From assembly GCF_000150275.1 (NCBI RefSeq), contig NW_002060951.1:2180297-2244296 (forward strand): a stretch of DNA of 64,000 nt, read 5' to 3'. Source of the stretch: Trichoplax adhaerens. Its lineage: Eukaryota > Animalia > Placozoa. Positions 52,786-64,000 of the stretch are shown piece after piece. The notes beneath the pieces are model-generated. The model was not told where the DNA came from, searched no databases, and saw only the letters and a program-made list of their open reading frames with translations. How positions within the stretch are numbered: position 1 is the stretch's first letter; each line of letters opens with the position of its first letter. The translations under genes were made by a program, and so were the position numbers.

Positions 52786-54411
52786 ATGGAACTAATAGGG
52801 ACGTTCGTAAGTGCAATTATATTGTTAACTATCCTATCTTTAATTAGAAATTATTATTTTCCACGATATAGTAAGCCTCATTTAAGGTATAAATTAACTT
52901 CAATGAACCAGTGGATTGTAAAGCATTGCTCTAAATTAAATCAATTATACAAGCCTCCATTTTATTCAGTCAATGGTCATTTACAAACTTGGCTCGCAAC
53001 TCAATGGCCTAAAAGCCCAAAGTCCATGAACATTCGAAACCAAAGTCAAATTATTGATACGCTATACTACGAACATATCGTATTAGATTGGTTCTGGATA
53101 GAATACCATAAACAAACAAAATTAACTAATACACAACTTAATGATCACAGAATTTTAACATCAAACCATCAAAAAAGAATTCTACTAGAGGAATCGTTAT
53201 CCGTCTCTCACATTATTGTTATCATACCTGGTTGGTTGACTACCATGACATCATCTCATGTTACTTCATTAAGCATTGAAATGGTAAATTATTTTCAACA
53301 ATTTGATAAAACCCAAAAAAATAACTGTGGCAATGGATTTAAATGTGTTGTTATCAACCCACCGACTGGTCTACTCCAATCACAGCAATCCCATCAAAAT
53401 CAACACCAAAATGCTAATCATAATTCATTTTTAGTTAATGGTGATGGTACTCGATCAAATTATACTTGGAATCAAGATAGTCAGTATCAATTACCAACAA
53501 GCCAACAATATTCACGCCATCTTCATGAAGTTTTACGTCATATACGTAATAAATATCCAAACGCTTACATCTCTGCGGTCTCTATCTCACTTGGATATAG
53601 TCTACTGCTATCGTACTTAAGTGATATTGGCGCCTCAACATTGATTTCAGCGGCGGTATGTATATCACCAAGTTATGATTTAGAAGAAGTCTTAACTAAT
53701 TTAGCATCCAACTTACCGTATGATATTCTTTTACGCCATAACATTAAAAGATCTATAGTAAATAATCATCGTAAAGTTCGGCAACAATTGAATCATCAAT
53801 TGCAATCGTCTGCAACTCAGATTGATGAGAATAGTAAATATTATAATAAAACCTTAAACCTAAATCCCGATTTTCAATTTGATAAATATACAAATGGTAA
53901 CTACTATCATCAGGAAAAGCAAGGCAATAATGGTAAAAACCAAGAAACAAAACCGCTTAGATCTAAGACGATACCTACATTATTAAAATGTAAGACAGTT
54001 CGAGAGGTATATTGCCATCTATACGGTATACCATTGAATCATGATTATGAAAATCAGAGTGAACCCCATGATACATTGCAATCGAACGATAAAAACTGTT
54101 GGGAATTTATCAATCCAATGTCCGATATCGATGAGATATGCATACCAGTATTATGCCTTAATGCAAAGGACGATCCGATTACAGATTGCAAACTGATTCC
54201 GAATACGTTATTTGATCAGCATCCAACATTTATATCTGCAATAACAAAATACGGTGGTCATGCTGGTTTCTTAACGGAAAGTCAAATGCGTTCTTGGTCT
54301 AGTCAGGTTGCAGTTGAATTCATTATTACGGTACAAAATTATAATATTAAGCTATTGTACGGATCAAGAAATGACCAGGATAGTGAAAACGATAGCTCAA
54401 ACCTGATTTGA
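52786..54411 (+). CDS. ABHD15: ABHD15-like alpha/beta hydrolase (ABHD1/2/3/15 family), 541 aa, intronless CDS
   Basis: N-terminal hydrophobic anchor, NGHLQT, VLDW, AVSISLG..LLLSYL..GASTLISAAVCISP, NPMSDIDEICIPVLCLNAKDDP, GGHAGFL; Q/N/H-rich insertions. Confidence 0.8.
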   Translation: MELIGTFVSAIILLTILSLIRNYYFPRYSKPHLRYKLTSMNQWIVKHCSKLNQLYKPPFYSVNGHLQTWLATQWPKSPKSMNIRNQSQIIDTLYYEHIVLDWFWIEYHKQTKLTNTQLNDHRILTSNHQKRILLEESLSVSHIIVIIPGWLTTMTSSHVTSLSIEMVNYFQQFDKTQKNNCGNGFKCVVINPPTGLLQSQQSHQNQHQNANHNSFLVNGDGTRSNYTWNQDSQYQLPTSQQYSRHLHEVLRHIRNKYPNAYISAVSISLGYSLLLSYLSDIGASTLISAAVCISPSYDLEEVLTNLASNLPYDILLRHNIKRSIVNNHRKVRQQLNHQLQSSATQIDENSKYYNKTLNLNPDFQFDKYTNGNYYHQEKQGNNGKNQETKPLRSKTIPTLLKCKTVREVYCHLYGIPLNHDYENQSEPHDTLQSNDKNCWEFINPMSDIDEICIPVLCLNAKDDPITDCKLIPNTLFDQHPTFISAITKYGGHAGFLTESQMRSWSSQVAVEFIITVQNYNIKLLYGSRNDQDSENDSSNLI

Positions 54412-56297
54412 ATTGATTATCTTTTAACATAGACCTGTAATATAAAGGATATTTCGATCAAGTATTTACCAAATCCCCGGATACTTTTCTAAAGTTGATA
54501 GAGCTTCATAGTTCAGATTCGATTTTTTTATCAATTTAACGAAAAATTTACGCTATATTGATTTAGAATTATCGGTACGACTGTAAGGCACTTCATACAA
54601 ATTACATTCAACACTGGAACAAAATTTCAAATTGTCAGAATGACCGAATAATTCACCTTCATGCATAAAACTACAGTATATGGTGCCAGATTAATCGCAT
54701 TATATCTGTAATAGGATAAGTTGTCTCTTATATTATGCACAGTTACCGTTATACCTTGTATGAATTTTATTATATTAAGAAAAAGAGAAAATTTTATTAT
54801 TACAGTAAGTCATAATTTATGTTTGTACAAGACATAATCTAAGCATTCTATAAGAAATTGTCGCTATAAAATTCTGTCTATACGTACAGTATTTGAAGAA
54901 TTGTATTCTCATCTATTTAAATAGTAACTCTTGAGATTTTATACCTAATGTGTTATGTATAACCAATTAGGTCTATACAATCTACTAATACTTGTTACTA
55001 AGCGAACTAACTTTTTTCTGTGCTGTAAAAATCATTTCCTCGTACCGTGTTAGGCTATTAACATCAGCAGCTACCACTGATTATAACTATTGCACAACAT
55101 ATTAATTTTCCATATAAGCGGTACCACTAAGTTATAAGCAAAGAAAGATTTGTTTATGTGAAACATTCATTATTCGTCAGAATTTTGTATTTATAGTACA
55201 GTATATTTACGTATATAGCTAACACATACATTTCAAAGTCATACACCATATACTGTATATCTTGCTCTTATCTATAAATCTAAAATTTAACATTTCTTTT
55301 AATTATCATGACAATGTTAAAATATAATGTATGATATTATAATAATTACCAATAGAAAATTTTATCCTTGTTTACAGAAATGTTAGATGAAAAATCTAAA
55401 TTATCTACGATCGCTCTATAACAAATTATATTACAATTTCGTTACAACATCTAAATTGACATATTTCGAACATTTATGACTAATAGAAATTTGATTGCTA
55501 TGTAACTTTTCAAATTCAAATAACTATTATTCTTTGCTTGATAGAGATTATAACATAAATACGAATAACGCCTTTACCTATTTGGTGATATATAATTTTA
55601 TTTTGTAGGTGTCTATATCTCCTATTAGTAATTGTAAAGTGTTAAAAAACTTTTTTTTTGCGATATAGATGTTAACATTATAAATTAATTTTATGTTTAT
55701 CAAGATCTTTATCAAGTAATATATACTGTACATCGTTAGCACGCTGCATATAGAGAAGAAGGCAAAATTAATTTTAAACTCTAGTACTGTACCGTAACTA
55801 TCGCTGAATTTTATTTAATATTGCCATGATATAATCAACATATCATTAATGATTTTGTACTTTAATTCATGATGTTAACTGTTTTAATTATTGTTATCAT
55901 GAAGGCAATAAAAGATTGATGAAATTATAAATTTTGTAGGATGCTTGTAAAAAATAAATTCATTGATATTTTGGTTTACACATTCATATTCCCGAATCAT
56001 CTCGTCTAAAAACGCTTATAAAATTATTAATCTGCACTTGGACAAATTTCAGCTCTACTTGATAATAATTATTTATTTATTATTATTTTTTTATTTGCTT
56101 ACTGCATAACTTGAATGACTTACCATCAATAATTAATTAAATATATATTGCAATGATATGATCTATGTTTCCTTGCTACCTGGAAAATTTTAGTATTGGT
56201 GAAGCTATTAGTTTTTAGAAAGTTAGATAATTGTTGCAATTGGATACGACTGTTTACAGCACTAGTTTTCTTTAAATCCAGAACACTGTTAGGTGGC

Positions 56298-57048
56298 TGT
56301 CACGGACTACTTCCTGACAAGTTTAATAGTCTAACGTAAAGCATTTACTTGAGTTGCTTCTGCAGATTACTACCCTAATCTATCGTAAGATTTAGTAAGA
56401 ATATAGTATTGTCACTATAACGCCGAAGAACCACTCTTTTAAAAGGCTTACAATCGGTAGAGACACCGAACTATAATTTATAAACAGCTTTTGTTACAAC
56501 CGAGATTGCAACACAAAAATTATCGGGATTCTTTCCTCTAAAGTAGTCTTAACTATCTAAGCAACTAACGCTAAGCACCATTTAATCTACCAAACTTAGA
56601 TTCGAGTCTTAGATGATAGAATACTCACGCTAAGAATCAAAACTTTATTCTAAAAGCTATTTATTAAAATGTCCGATTGAACTCACAACTTACAATCTAC
56701 TGCTAACCACTGATAACCGTCTGTTATCAACTAACTTATCAACTCTCTCCATTAAGAACTTTGAGGTTTTTATATAGTCTCACAAACTTCGTTGGTGCAA
56801 TACAATAATAAATTTATTAGCCAAGTCTACATGCTAAATATAGCAAGAATCACAACACACTTCCTATGACATTTAATATTAGTTAATTAATGGCTAGGTG
56901 TTAACATGTGATTCATTACTCAACAAAATTTTATCATTGATGACGCAATAATTAATTAATTGTCACAGCTTCATACTGTAACGCTGAAAAATTTTGAGCA
57001 ACAATACTTTCTTAAACTCTATAATTTAGGTAACGTAGTGCCGTAACA
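56298..57048 (-). mobile_element. Solo LTR (family F)
   Basis: Inverted ends TGTCACGG-ACTAC / GTAGTGCCGTAACA; near-TSD GTGGC/GTGCC; minus-strand TATATAAA (56769-56776) then AATAAA (56644-56649). Confidence 0.8.
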
Positions 57049-58174
57049 GTGCCATAGCTATTTATCTGTACATGTGCACATTTCCACGTACATAGAACCT
57101 TCTACGCTTTCAGATCGCTAAAAATTACATCTTGAATGCCCAGTATAGAAATGTAGCTAGTGTACATCAGATAAGACTTATTATATGATTGTAGTATACG
57201 GGTTGTTGGCCCTAGCTTCTTAATCCGTCAACTCAAAATTCTGAGTTTGTTAAAATCGAGCAAATCCCTAATGTAACACAAAATAGTCAACACCGTATAA
57301 TTGACCTATAACAGTGAAGTTTATTGACGTCCGTGTGTCGTCCGTCGGAGAAGAATTCCAATTTCTTCCCCTTATAATTAAAATAACAGTCGAAAATGGC
57401 TAAGATAAACCGGATAATCAATTGCTCCTCGATATAGGAGTCATCAATCACATTAATACATTGCTTCATAATATTACTTAATATGGCTATCTGTTACGGC
57501 CTTATATAGCACATACTTTATTAAGACATACAGTTCTACACTACATACTATCACTGTATTGCCTGCTCAAAACTATTGTAATTAGCAGAAATCACTAGAA
57601 TGATGCACGCGTATCTTTACTTCTACGAAGTGAATTGTTGTCACAAAACTAGAGAACGGAGATTTGTCATTCGTATTAGTGCTGCAGTATTAGCAGATCA
57701 ATACTTGTTGCAAGTCTTTGTCTGGTTATTAAGTTCATATGTACTTAAGAGTTAGCCAACGTATGCTTCGGAAGAATATTACCACCAAATTCTGTGTCAA
57801 CAAATCACTGCACCTACAAGAAAGTTGATCACCATGTAAAGCAGATTTTATCGTAATATTCAGTAGTATTTATGTCCTGCAATCAGTTTCGAAATTATAT
57901 TTTGATTATGAAGGTATGAACAGTAGTAATTGCACTCGGCTTTTCCAACTGAACAGTCATGAACTGCCAACATACGTATTTCTCCTACTCTGCCCACGAT
58001 GCTAGAAGTTTAAAGCATAAAAATGTTGCTAACTTGTAGTCTTATTCTGATCTATCATTGCATTCATTACACGATGCTGTGCCCACTCACTACCCTTTAT
58101 AATAAACTGTAGTACATTACTAGCCTCGTAGTGGATGAGTAATTAAGAAGTATTTCTTGTTCAATCGAGCTAAA

Positions 58175-58515
58175 CCATGGACTTCTAGATACCGCGATAT
58201 TCGAGAAGTCCATGGCTAAACTAACAGTAAACTCCCAATGCCAATGCCAATGATGTCATCCTTGCTAAATACTCGTGATGTGTCAGGCGCATACTGTACT
58301 GTACGCGGACAGTGTACTATACAGTGTGTGCCGTTCTGTACTACTGTACTGTACGATCGAACGCTACGCTCGATGTGGTTTGCTAATTCCATCGACAAGA
58401 GAATTTATTTACTCAGGCAATAACGAAATTGAAGAGTTTACTACTCGACGTAGCTGAAACTCGACTCTGAAAAAGCAATATTCAGCCTCAAATATCAAGT
58501 TCAAATTCGTAGTAG
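58175..58515 (+). promoter_or_regulatory. Putative CPD promoter and non-coding first exon
   Basis: 12-bp perfect inverted repeat (58175-58215), TACTGTA cluster (about 58290-58355), splice donor AG|GTAACG at 58515/58516 and acceptor TATAG just before the ATG at 58903. Confidence 0.55.
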
Positions 58516-58902
58516 GTAACGTATCTGTCACTCATGATTGCACGTTAGATTAATTGCAACTTACTCCTATTCGTGATGATAGACTTTAAGATTCTTTCAA
58601 ATTTCCCATCAACTTTTGAACTTTTTGAAGATACATTTTTTCATTATAAACGTCAAGGACTGCTGTAACACAAGATGACGTACTTCTTCTCCTAGTAGTC
58701 CTTTTAAATGCACGAGTGTTAGCTTTAAATTAACTTAATAACTTTCACTCCGGGCAAGAAATTATCCGGATAGCGTCAACGCTATTCAGTGATATATTGA
58801 TTGCTACCGATAGATATATTTTTAAATCGATGACGTAAAGAGGAAGGGAAATAGTTGAACTACTGGTCTTTTCTCTTTTGTGTGTGTATATAGATAGCTG
58901 GA

Positions 58903-61900
58903 ATGATGACGCAAATGTTGGGGCGCATTTTGATTTTCCTTTTTCTGGTTATTCTGATTGAAAGCGGGTCAGTAAAAGGCCTTGAAAATCTGGATATATC
59001 ATTCGATCGATACCATCATTACGAAGAATTAACCGATTTACTACACAAATACAACAAAATGTTTCCTTCTATTACCCGATTACACTCAATCGGTCAATCA
59101 GTTAAAAAGCGAGAAATTTGGGCATTCCAAATTTCTGATAAACCAAATGTAACCGAAAAAGGTGAACCGTGGTTTAAATATGTTGCTAATATACACGGTG
59201 ATGAAGCAGTTGGCCGGCAAATGTTAATCTATTTGATCCAATACTTATGCCAGCAATATTCTATCGATCAAAGAATTAAGCACATAGTCGATTCTGTCAA
59301 TATTTTTATTGTCCCTACTATGAACCCTGATGGTTTCGAAAGGGCACAAGAAGGGAATTGTGATGCTCCTAGTTCGTTTGGTCGAAATAATGCAAACAAT
59401 GTAGATCTGAATCGCAATTTCCCTGACCAATTTTCTAATAAAAACCAACATCATCAACCGGAAACTCTGGCAATGATGAATTGGATAGATAAGTATCCGT
59501 TTGTGCTTTCTGCTAGTCTTCATGGTGGTTCTGTTGTAGCGAGTTATCCTTTTGATGATAGTCATGATCATAAAGAATCTGGATATTACAGTAAATCGCC
59601 TGACGATGCTGTGTTTCGCCACCTAGCTGCAATTTATGCCAATCACCATACAACGATGCATTTTGGCAAACCTAATTGTTCTGATACTCCAAACGATTTT
59701 TTTAATAATGGAATAACGAATGGTGCTGAATGGTACGATGTCTCTGGTGGTATGCAGGATTATAATTATCTTCATAGCAATTGCTTTGAAATCACATTGG
59801 AACTATCCTGCTGCAAGTATCCATCAAGTAAGAAATTAAAGGAGGAATGGAACAGAAATCGCGATGCGTTAATAGCTTATATCAAACAAGCTCAGATTGG
59901 TATTCACGGTTGCGTATACGACAATAGTACGATACACAAAAATGGTATTATAGGAGCTACGATCTCAGTAAGTGGCATAAATTATAATATTAGAACCGCT
60001 CAATTTGGTGATTTTTGGCGTCTGCTATTGCCTGGAAGATATACGCTGATAGCTTCCGCTCCTGGCTACCTGAGCACAACACTTAATATCACTGTGACAA
60101 ATCCACCTGGATCATCGATCAATATTCCTCTAACGCCTTTAAATAAAACTGGTAAAATTTGATATTATGCAAAATCATGAACTCAACATAACAATCTGAT
60201 ATTAATTCTTCTCTCTTTTATAGAAACGAAAATTTCTACTTCTGCCACGACTGCATCGAAAGCTACTACCGCTACAATTGCAACATCGACGGGGGCAGTT
60301 TCTGTTTCAACCATTAAATCTAATCCAGCTACTGATCTGTTATTACCTTCCGTTACAACTCCAACTACAGTAACTGCTCACGGATTTAGTACACTGTCCA
60401 CAACGATATTAACGCAAAAGTCAACTGAAACTACGGAAATAGTTCATACACTATCTTCAACACAACCTGTTCCATCCACTTCCAGTAACCCCAAAGTAGT
60501 TCATACACCATCTCCAAGGCAACCAGTTCCTTCCACTGCCAGTAATTCTGAAGTAGTTCATACACCATCTCCAACCCAACCTGTTCCATCTACTTCCAAT
60601 AATTCTGAATCTAAAGCAACTATAATAACGTCATTTAATCATTCTACGCCGACTGGTCATTTTCTGGTCAATACTCAATATTATCATAGCGAAGATGAAA
60701 TGATTGAAGCTATTAGAAATGTCTTACTGCAATGCCAACACATTAGCAAACATATCAAGATAAAATATGGTAATAAAACCTTGCATGCCATTGAATTTTC
60801 AAATTTTCAAGAAGATCAACCGACTCCATCATTGGTAACTGGATTGATCGGTAGATTATACGACAGTGATGCCATGGGCAGTGAAATGTTATTACAGTTT
60901 GCCAGTCATCTGTGCCAGTCACCCAATAATGATTACATTCGATCAGAAATATTGAGAAGAACAAAAATAATTATAGTACCATGTTTGTCTCATAACCGGA
61001 AAGACTATAACAATGATAATCAGAACTGCTCCAGATTACCTATAAAGTCGAAGCAAAGTAGGCCATCTTTAAACCAATGTTTAGCTAATGATACCTGGCT
61101 GACATCAGATAAACTTAGTAAATCTTGCCGTCGAATCCCTGCGATTGCTGCTATGCAAGTGCTGCTTAAGAAGTATCCAATGGACGTATTAATCGGACTT
61201 CAAGCTAGACCGTATGCTGATTTAGAATCGTTCGTTAATTTCGTTGAGCGTAACTCTCAGATTATCACTTCCTACCTAGTTCCTGAAACCCTTCTTAAGA
61301 CAATAAACAAAATGTTACCATCGAAAATTTGTAACAATAGTCAATTAAATAAATATAATAACGTAATGTTTTCACCACAAGGCATCCAACAAGGGTATAA
61401 GGCTGTATTAAGAATTGGATGTTGCATTAATCCTAACAGGAAGGCCCTATCACAATATTGGGATGCTCATCGAACTGCTTTACTTGAGATACTTCACAAG
61501 TTATCAAGCGGAATATCAGGAAACATTTTTGATGGTACCAAAGCGTTAATTCGCCATGTTAATTTGAGTATTGCTAATCATAATGGACTGAATTATGTAA
61601 TAAAGAGCCGAGATGGTCACTTTCAGTTATTCTTGCCTCCTGGTCAATATCACGTAAAAGCTGAGGCAAAGGATTACAATAGCTATACGATTCCTCTTAC
61701 AATCTTTAATGGCGCCGGTCTCACCAAATGCGATATTAACTTAACTAAGATGCATTCATACAACAGATTCTTTTCCCGTACTGATACCCTAGCAGCTATG
61801 GCAGGATTACTATTGCTGGCCTTTGGTGTTATTGTTTATATCGTTAAGACTGTTGTGCGTAGAAGAAAGTCCAAACTAAGATATAAAAACCGCAACATGA

Positions 61901-62001
61901 ACAATGATAGCGAGGGCATAAGAGCAACTACTGTATCATTATTGCGTGGAGATGCTGATGATTCAGACGAAGAGGAAGTTCTGTATACTAGGAGACTATA
62001 A
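58903..62001 (+). CDS. CPD: Carboxypeptidase D-like type I membrane metallocarboxypeptidase (M14B), 1008 aa
   Basis: Exons 58903-60151 and 60224-62001 (72-bp phase-1 intron) fuse the two ORF-track ORFs. Signal peptide; active domain (HGDE, GRNNANNVDLNRNFP, LHGG, FEITLELSCCKYP); transthyretin-like domain; S/T/P linker; degenerate second domain; TM helix; tail SLL...DDSDEEEVLY. Confidence 0.92.
60436..60609 (+). repeat. 57-bp (19-aa) coding tandem repeat, 3 copies, in the CPD mucin-like linker
   Basis: EIVHTLSSTQPVPSTSSNP / KVVHTPSPRQPVPSTASNS / EVVHTPSPTQPVPSTSNNS. Confidence 0.92.
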
Positions 62002-63142
62002 ATCATATTTTTATATCCTTCCAATGTTACCAGTATTTGTAAGTCATAGCATTAATCCGATAGTTTCAAAGTAAAATTTTATATGGTAATAATAAAATGT
62101 CTATACTGTTAACTTATCATTTATCGTATTGAAGTGCTTAGCTTAGAGTCGTTGTACTTGTAAGATTAAAGCCCCTTGGCTTGCATAAGTGCAATCTCAG
62201 TATCATAAACGTACGCAGACACAATCTTTCGCGATCCTCCTTTGAGTGGACCATATTATCGTTCCGGAACTTAGCTCATGTTATGTTATGTTATATAGCA
62301 CAACATGTTAAACTTTGAATCGGTACATATACGTGTAGTTTTGATATGATGATAAAACAATATAAGATTTTATTTATTTAAATTGTTATACACAGATGAA
62401 ATCACCGTTTGTTAAATCTGCCATCTTGTCTTAACACATGATGTTACATACCCGTACTTTCTCTTATTGTAGCGTAAAAAACTTATCAAGACTAAAATGC
62501 ATTAGAATGAAAATCCTGTAGTTTTTTCCATCTATCAACATTTGCCAAAAATGCTTGAAGTCACTCATTCATACTTTATAGAATGTAAAAAATATAAATA
62601 TTTGTACTTTTTTAGGCAGATACTTAAAAATCTTTCATAGTATTTTTTAAAATTTAGATTTATATAAAATTAAAACATTTACTGTATGTCCGTCATGCTA
62701 TACGGTATAAATAATTTACTTTTATTATAGAATCAAAAGTAAAATATAGCAAGATTGTGATATTTTTCAAACAAATCTGTACGACATATATATTTTACAC
62801 ATATATACGATGTATGGCACATACATTTTATTGTGCGTTGATAATATAATAAAATTACTTGTTTGTTACGTAATTTGTTATGCTACTTGCTTTACAAAAC
62901 ATGATAAAGGGTTCGATGAGTCGGCAAAAGTTGAATTAGTTACCGTTAAGATTAAAGTATATTATTTAGTGGAAAATAGATTTTTTTATTGTAGACTGTA
63001 ATCCCTGCAAGTATCTCTTTAATGCAGACCCAGAGCCTTATAGCCAGCATTCAATTTCATCTATTGCGGTTTATATTAATTCATATTGACTATGGGCTTT
63101 TATAATTCTTATTATAATGCGATGCTTACTCGTAGAGGAGCA

Positions 63143-63417
63143 TGTAAGGATGTCGTGAAGTAGCGTGAGAGGTATTGACACTCTAACTATTCCAAAATTC
63201 CCAACTATCGGGAAATTGAGGTAGAAATCAGCGGCATTTATATCTGAAGATAGAACATAAATCGTAGATCTGATGCAATAAGTTAGCCAACTTTAGAGTA
63301 AAGATAGGTAGTCCTCGATAATTTATTAGATTTATTAGTAGTATACGATCTAGTTTATCTAGTAAAGTAAAATTTACTAAAAGATGTGGGTCTAAATGTT
63401 TAAGACACTTTATCACA
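63143..63417 (+). mobile_element. Diverged LTR-like relic related to family D
   Basis: Ends AAGACACTTTATCACA (15/16 identical to the end of 16492-16880); begins TGTAAG after GTAGAGGAG, like the GTAGAGGGG before 16492; no TSD. Confidence 0.4.
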
Positions 63418-64000
63418 CTCGGTTAATCAATACTTTAAATGAGAAATAACATGAATAGGGTTGTGAAGCTACTAAGAAGATTGTATTATGATTATGGTTC
63501 TTATCAATCTGTATTGCAGATGTAAAACTGATTATAAGCTTATAAGAATCTGAATTAAGATGGTAATGGTTAATATATATGTAGTATGCTACGGTACATG
63601 ATATTTACAATTGGTTAAATTAGCTGATTTCTGATTTCACACAAAGCGCGAATAATGTTGAACTTCCTGATCATATAATATATCTTATGAGTTATGACAA
63701 AATGTGCTTCATACCGAATCTTTCATGCTTGTATTGCGCTCAGATACGGAAGCAGGTTATATTACAAACGTCTAATCGGTAATACTTTCATGAACAGATT
63801 GTTGATTAACATACAGTAAATAAATCGGTATGATAAATATCACAAGCAAACGCTTTTAAACTAATACGTCCTGGTCTTTATCTAATTATTTATAGCCGGT
63901 TGTGCTATAGTAAAGGATTTCAATCCTTAAGCACGACATTTGATGCTTTGTTATAAAACGATAATTCTAATTATAGATTAATTGCTACACAATGTTAATT

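Noticed and set aside
57492-57650. Another solo LTR starting TGTTACGG
   Set aside because: No matching terminal CA with a CTATC TSD found; at most a truncated relic.
59245-59622. Antisense ORF within CPD (also 21963-22277, 8733-8978, 5514-5753)
   Set aside because: Shadow ORFs opposite real coding exons.

Overview
AT-rich eukaryotic genomic DNA with short GT-AG introns and one 50-N assembly gap (15751-15800). Gene content and style suggest an early-branching animal, most likely a placozoan (Trichoplax-like); this is inference. I reconstructed these genes by hand from splice sites: (1) a GABA-B-receptor-like class C GPCR (minus strand, 8 coding exons, runs off the left edge); (2) three paralogous LGR-type 7TM GPCR loci without ectodomains, in graded states of decay; (3) MRPL53 (minus, 3 exons, missed by the ORF track) head-to-head with (4) SSRP1 (plus, 17 coding exons), separated by a symmetric TACWGTA-rich, palindrome-containing bidirectional promoter; (5) an intronless ABHD15-like alpha/beta hydrolase; (6) a carboxypeptidase D with one active domain, a mucin-like linker, one dead domain, a TM helix and an acidic tail. 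Non-coding DNA holds at least five solo LTRs with TG...CA-type ends and 5-bp target-site duplications, a nested LTR pile-up around the gap, and a Helitron-like 3' end. I found no rRNA, tRNA or CRISPR array. I see no clear wholly new multi-gene system. The best leads are the TACWGTA/palindrome promoter grammar, the hairpin-ended solo-LTR families, the two-domain CPD and the Ser-retaining ABHD15.
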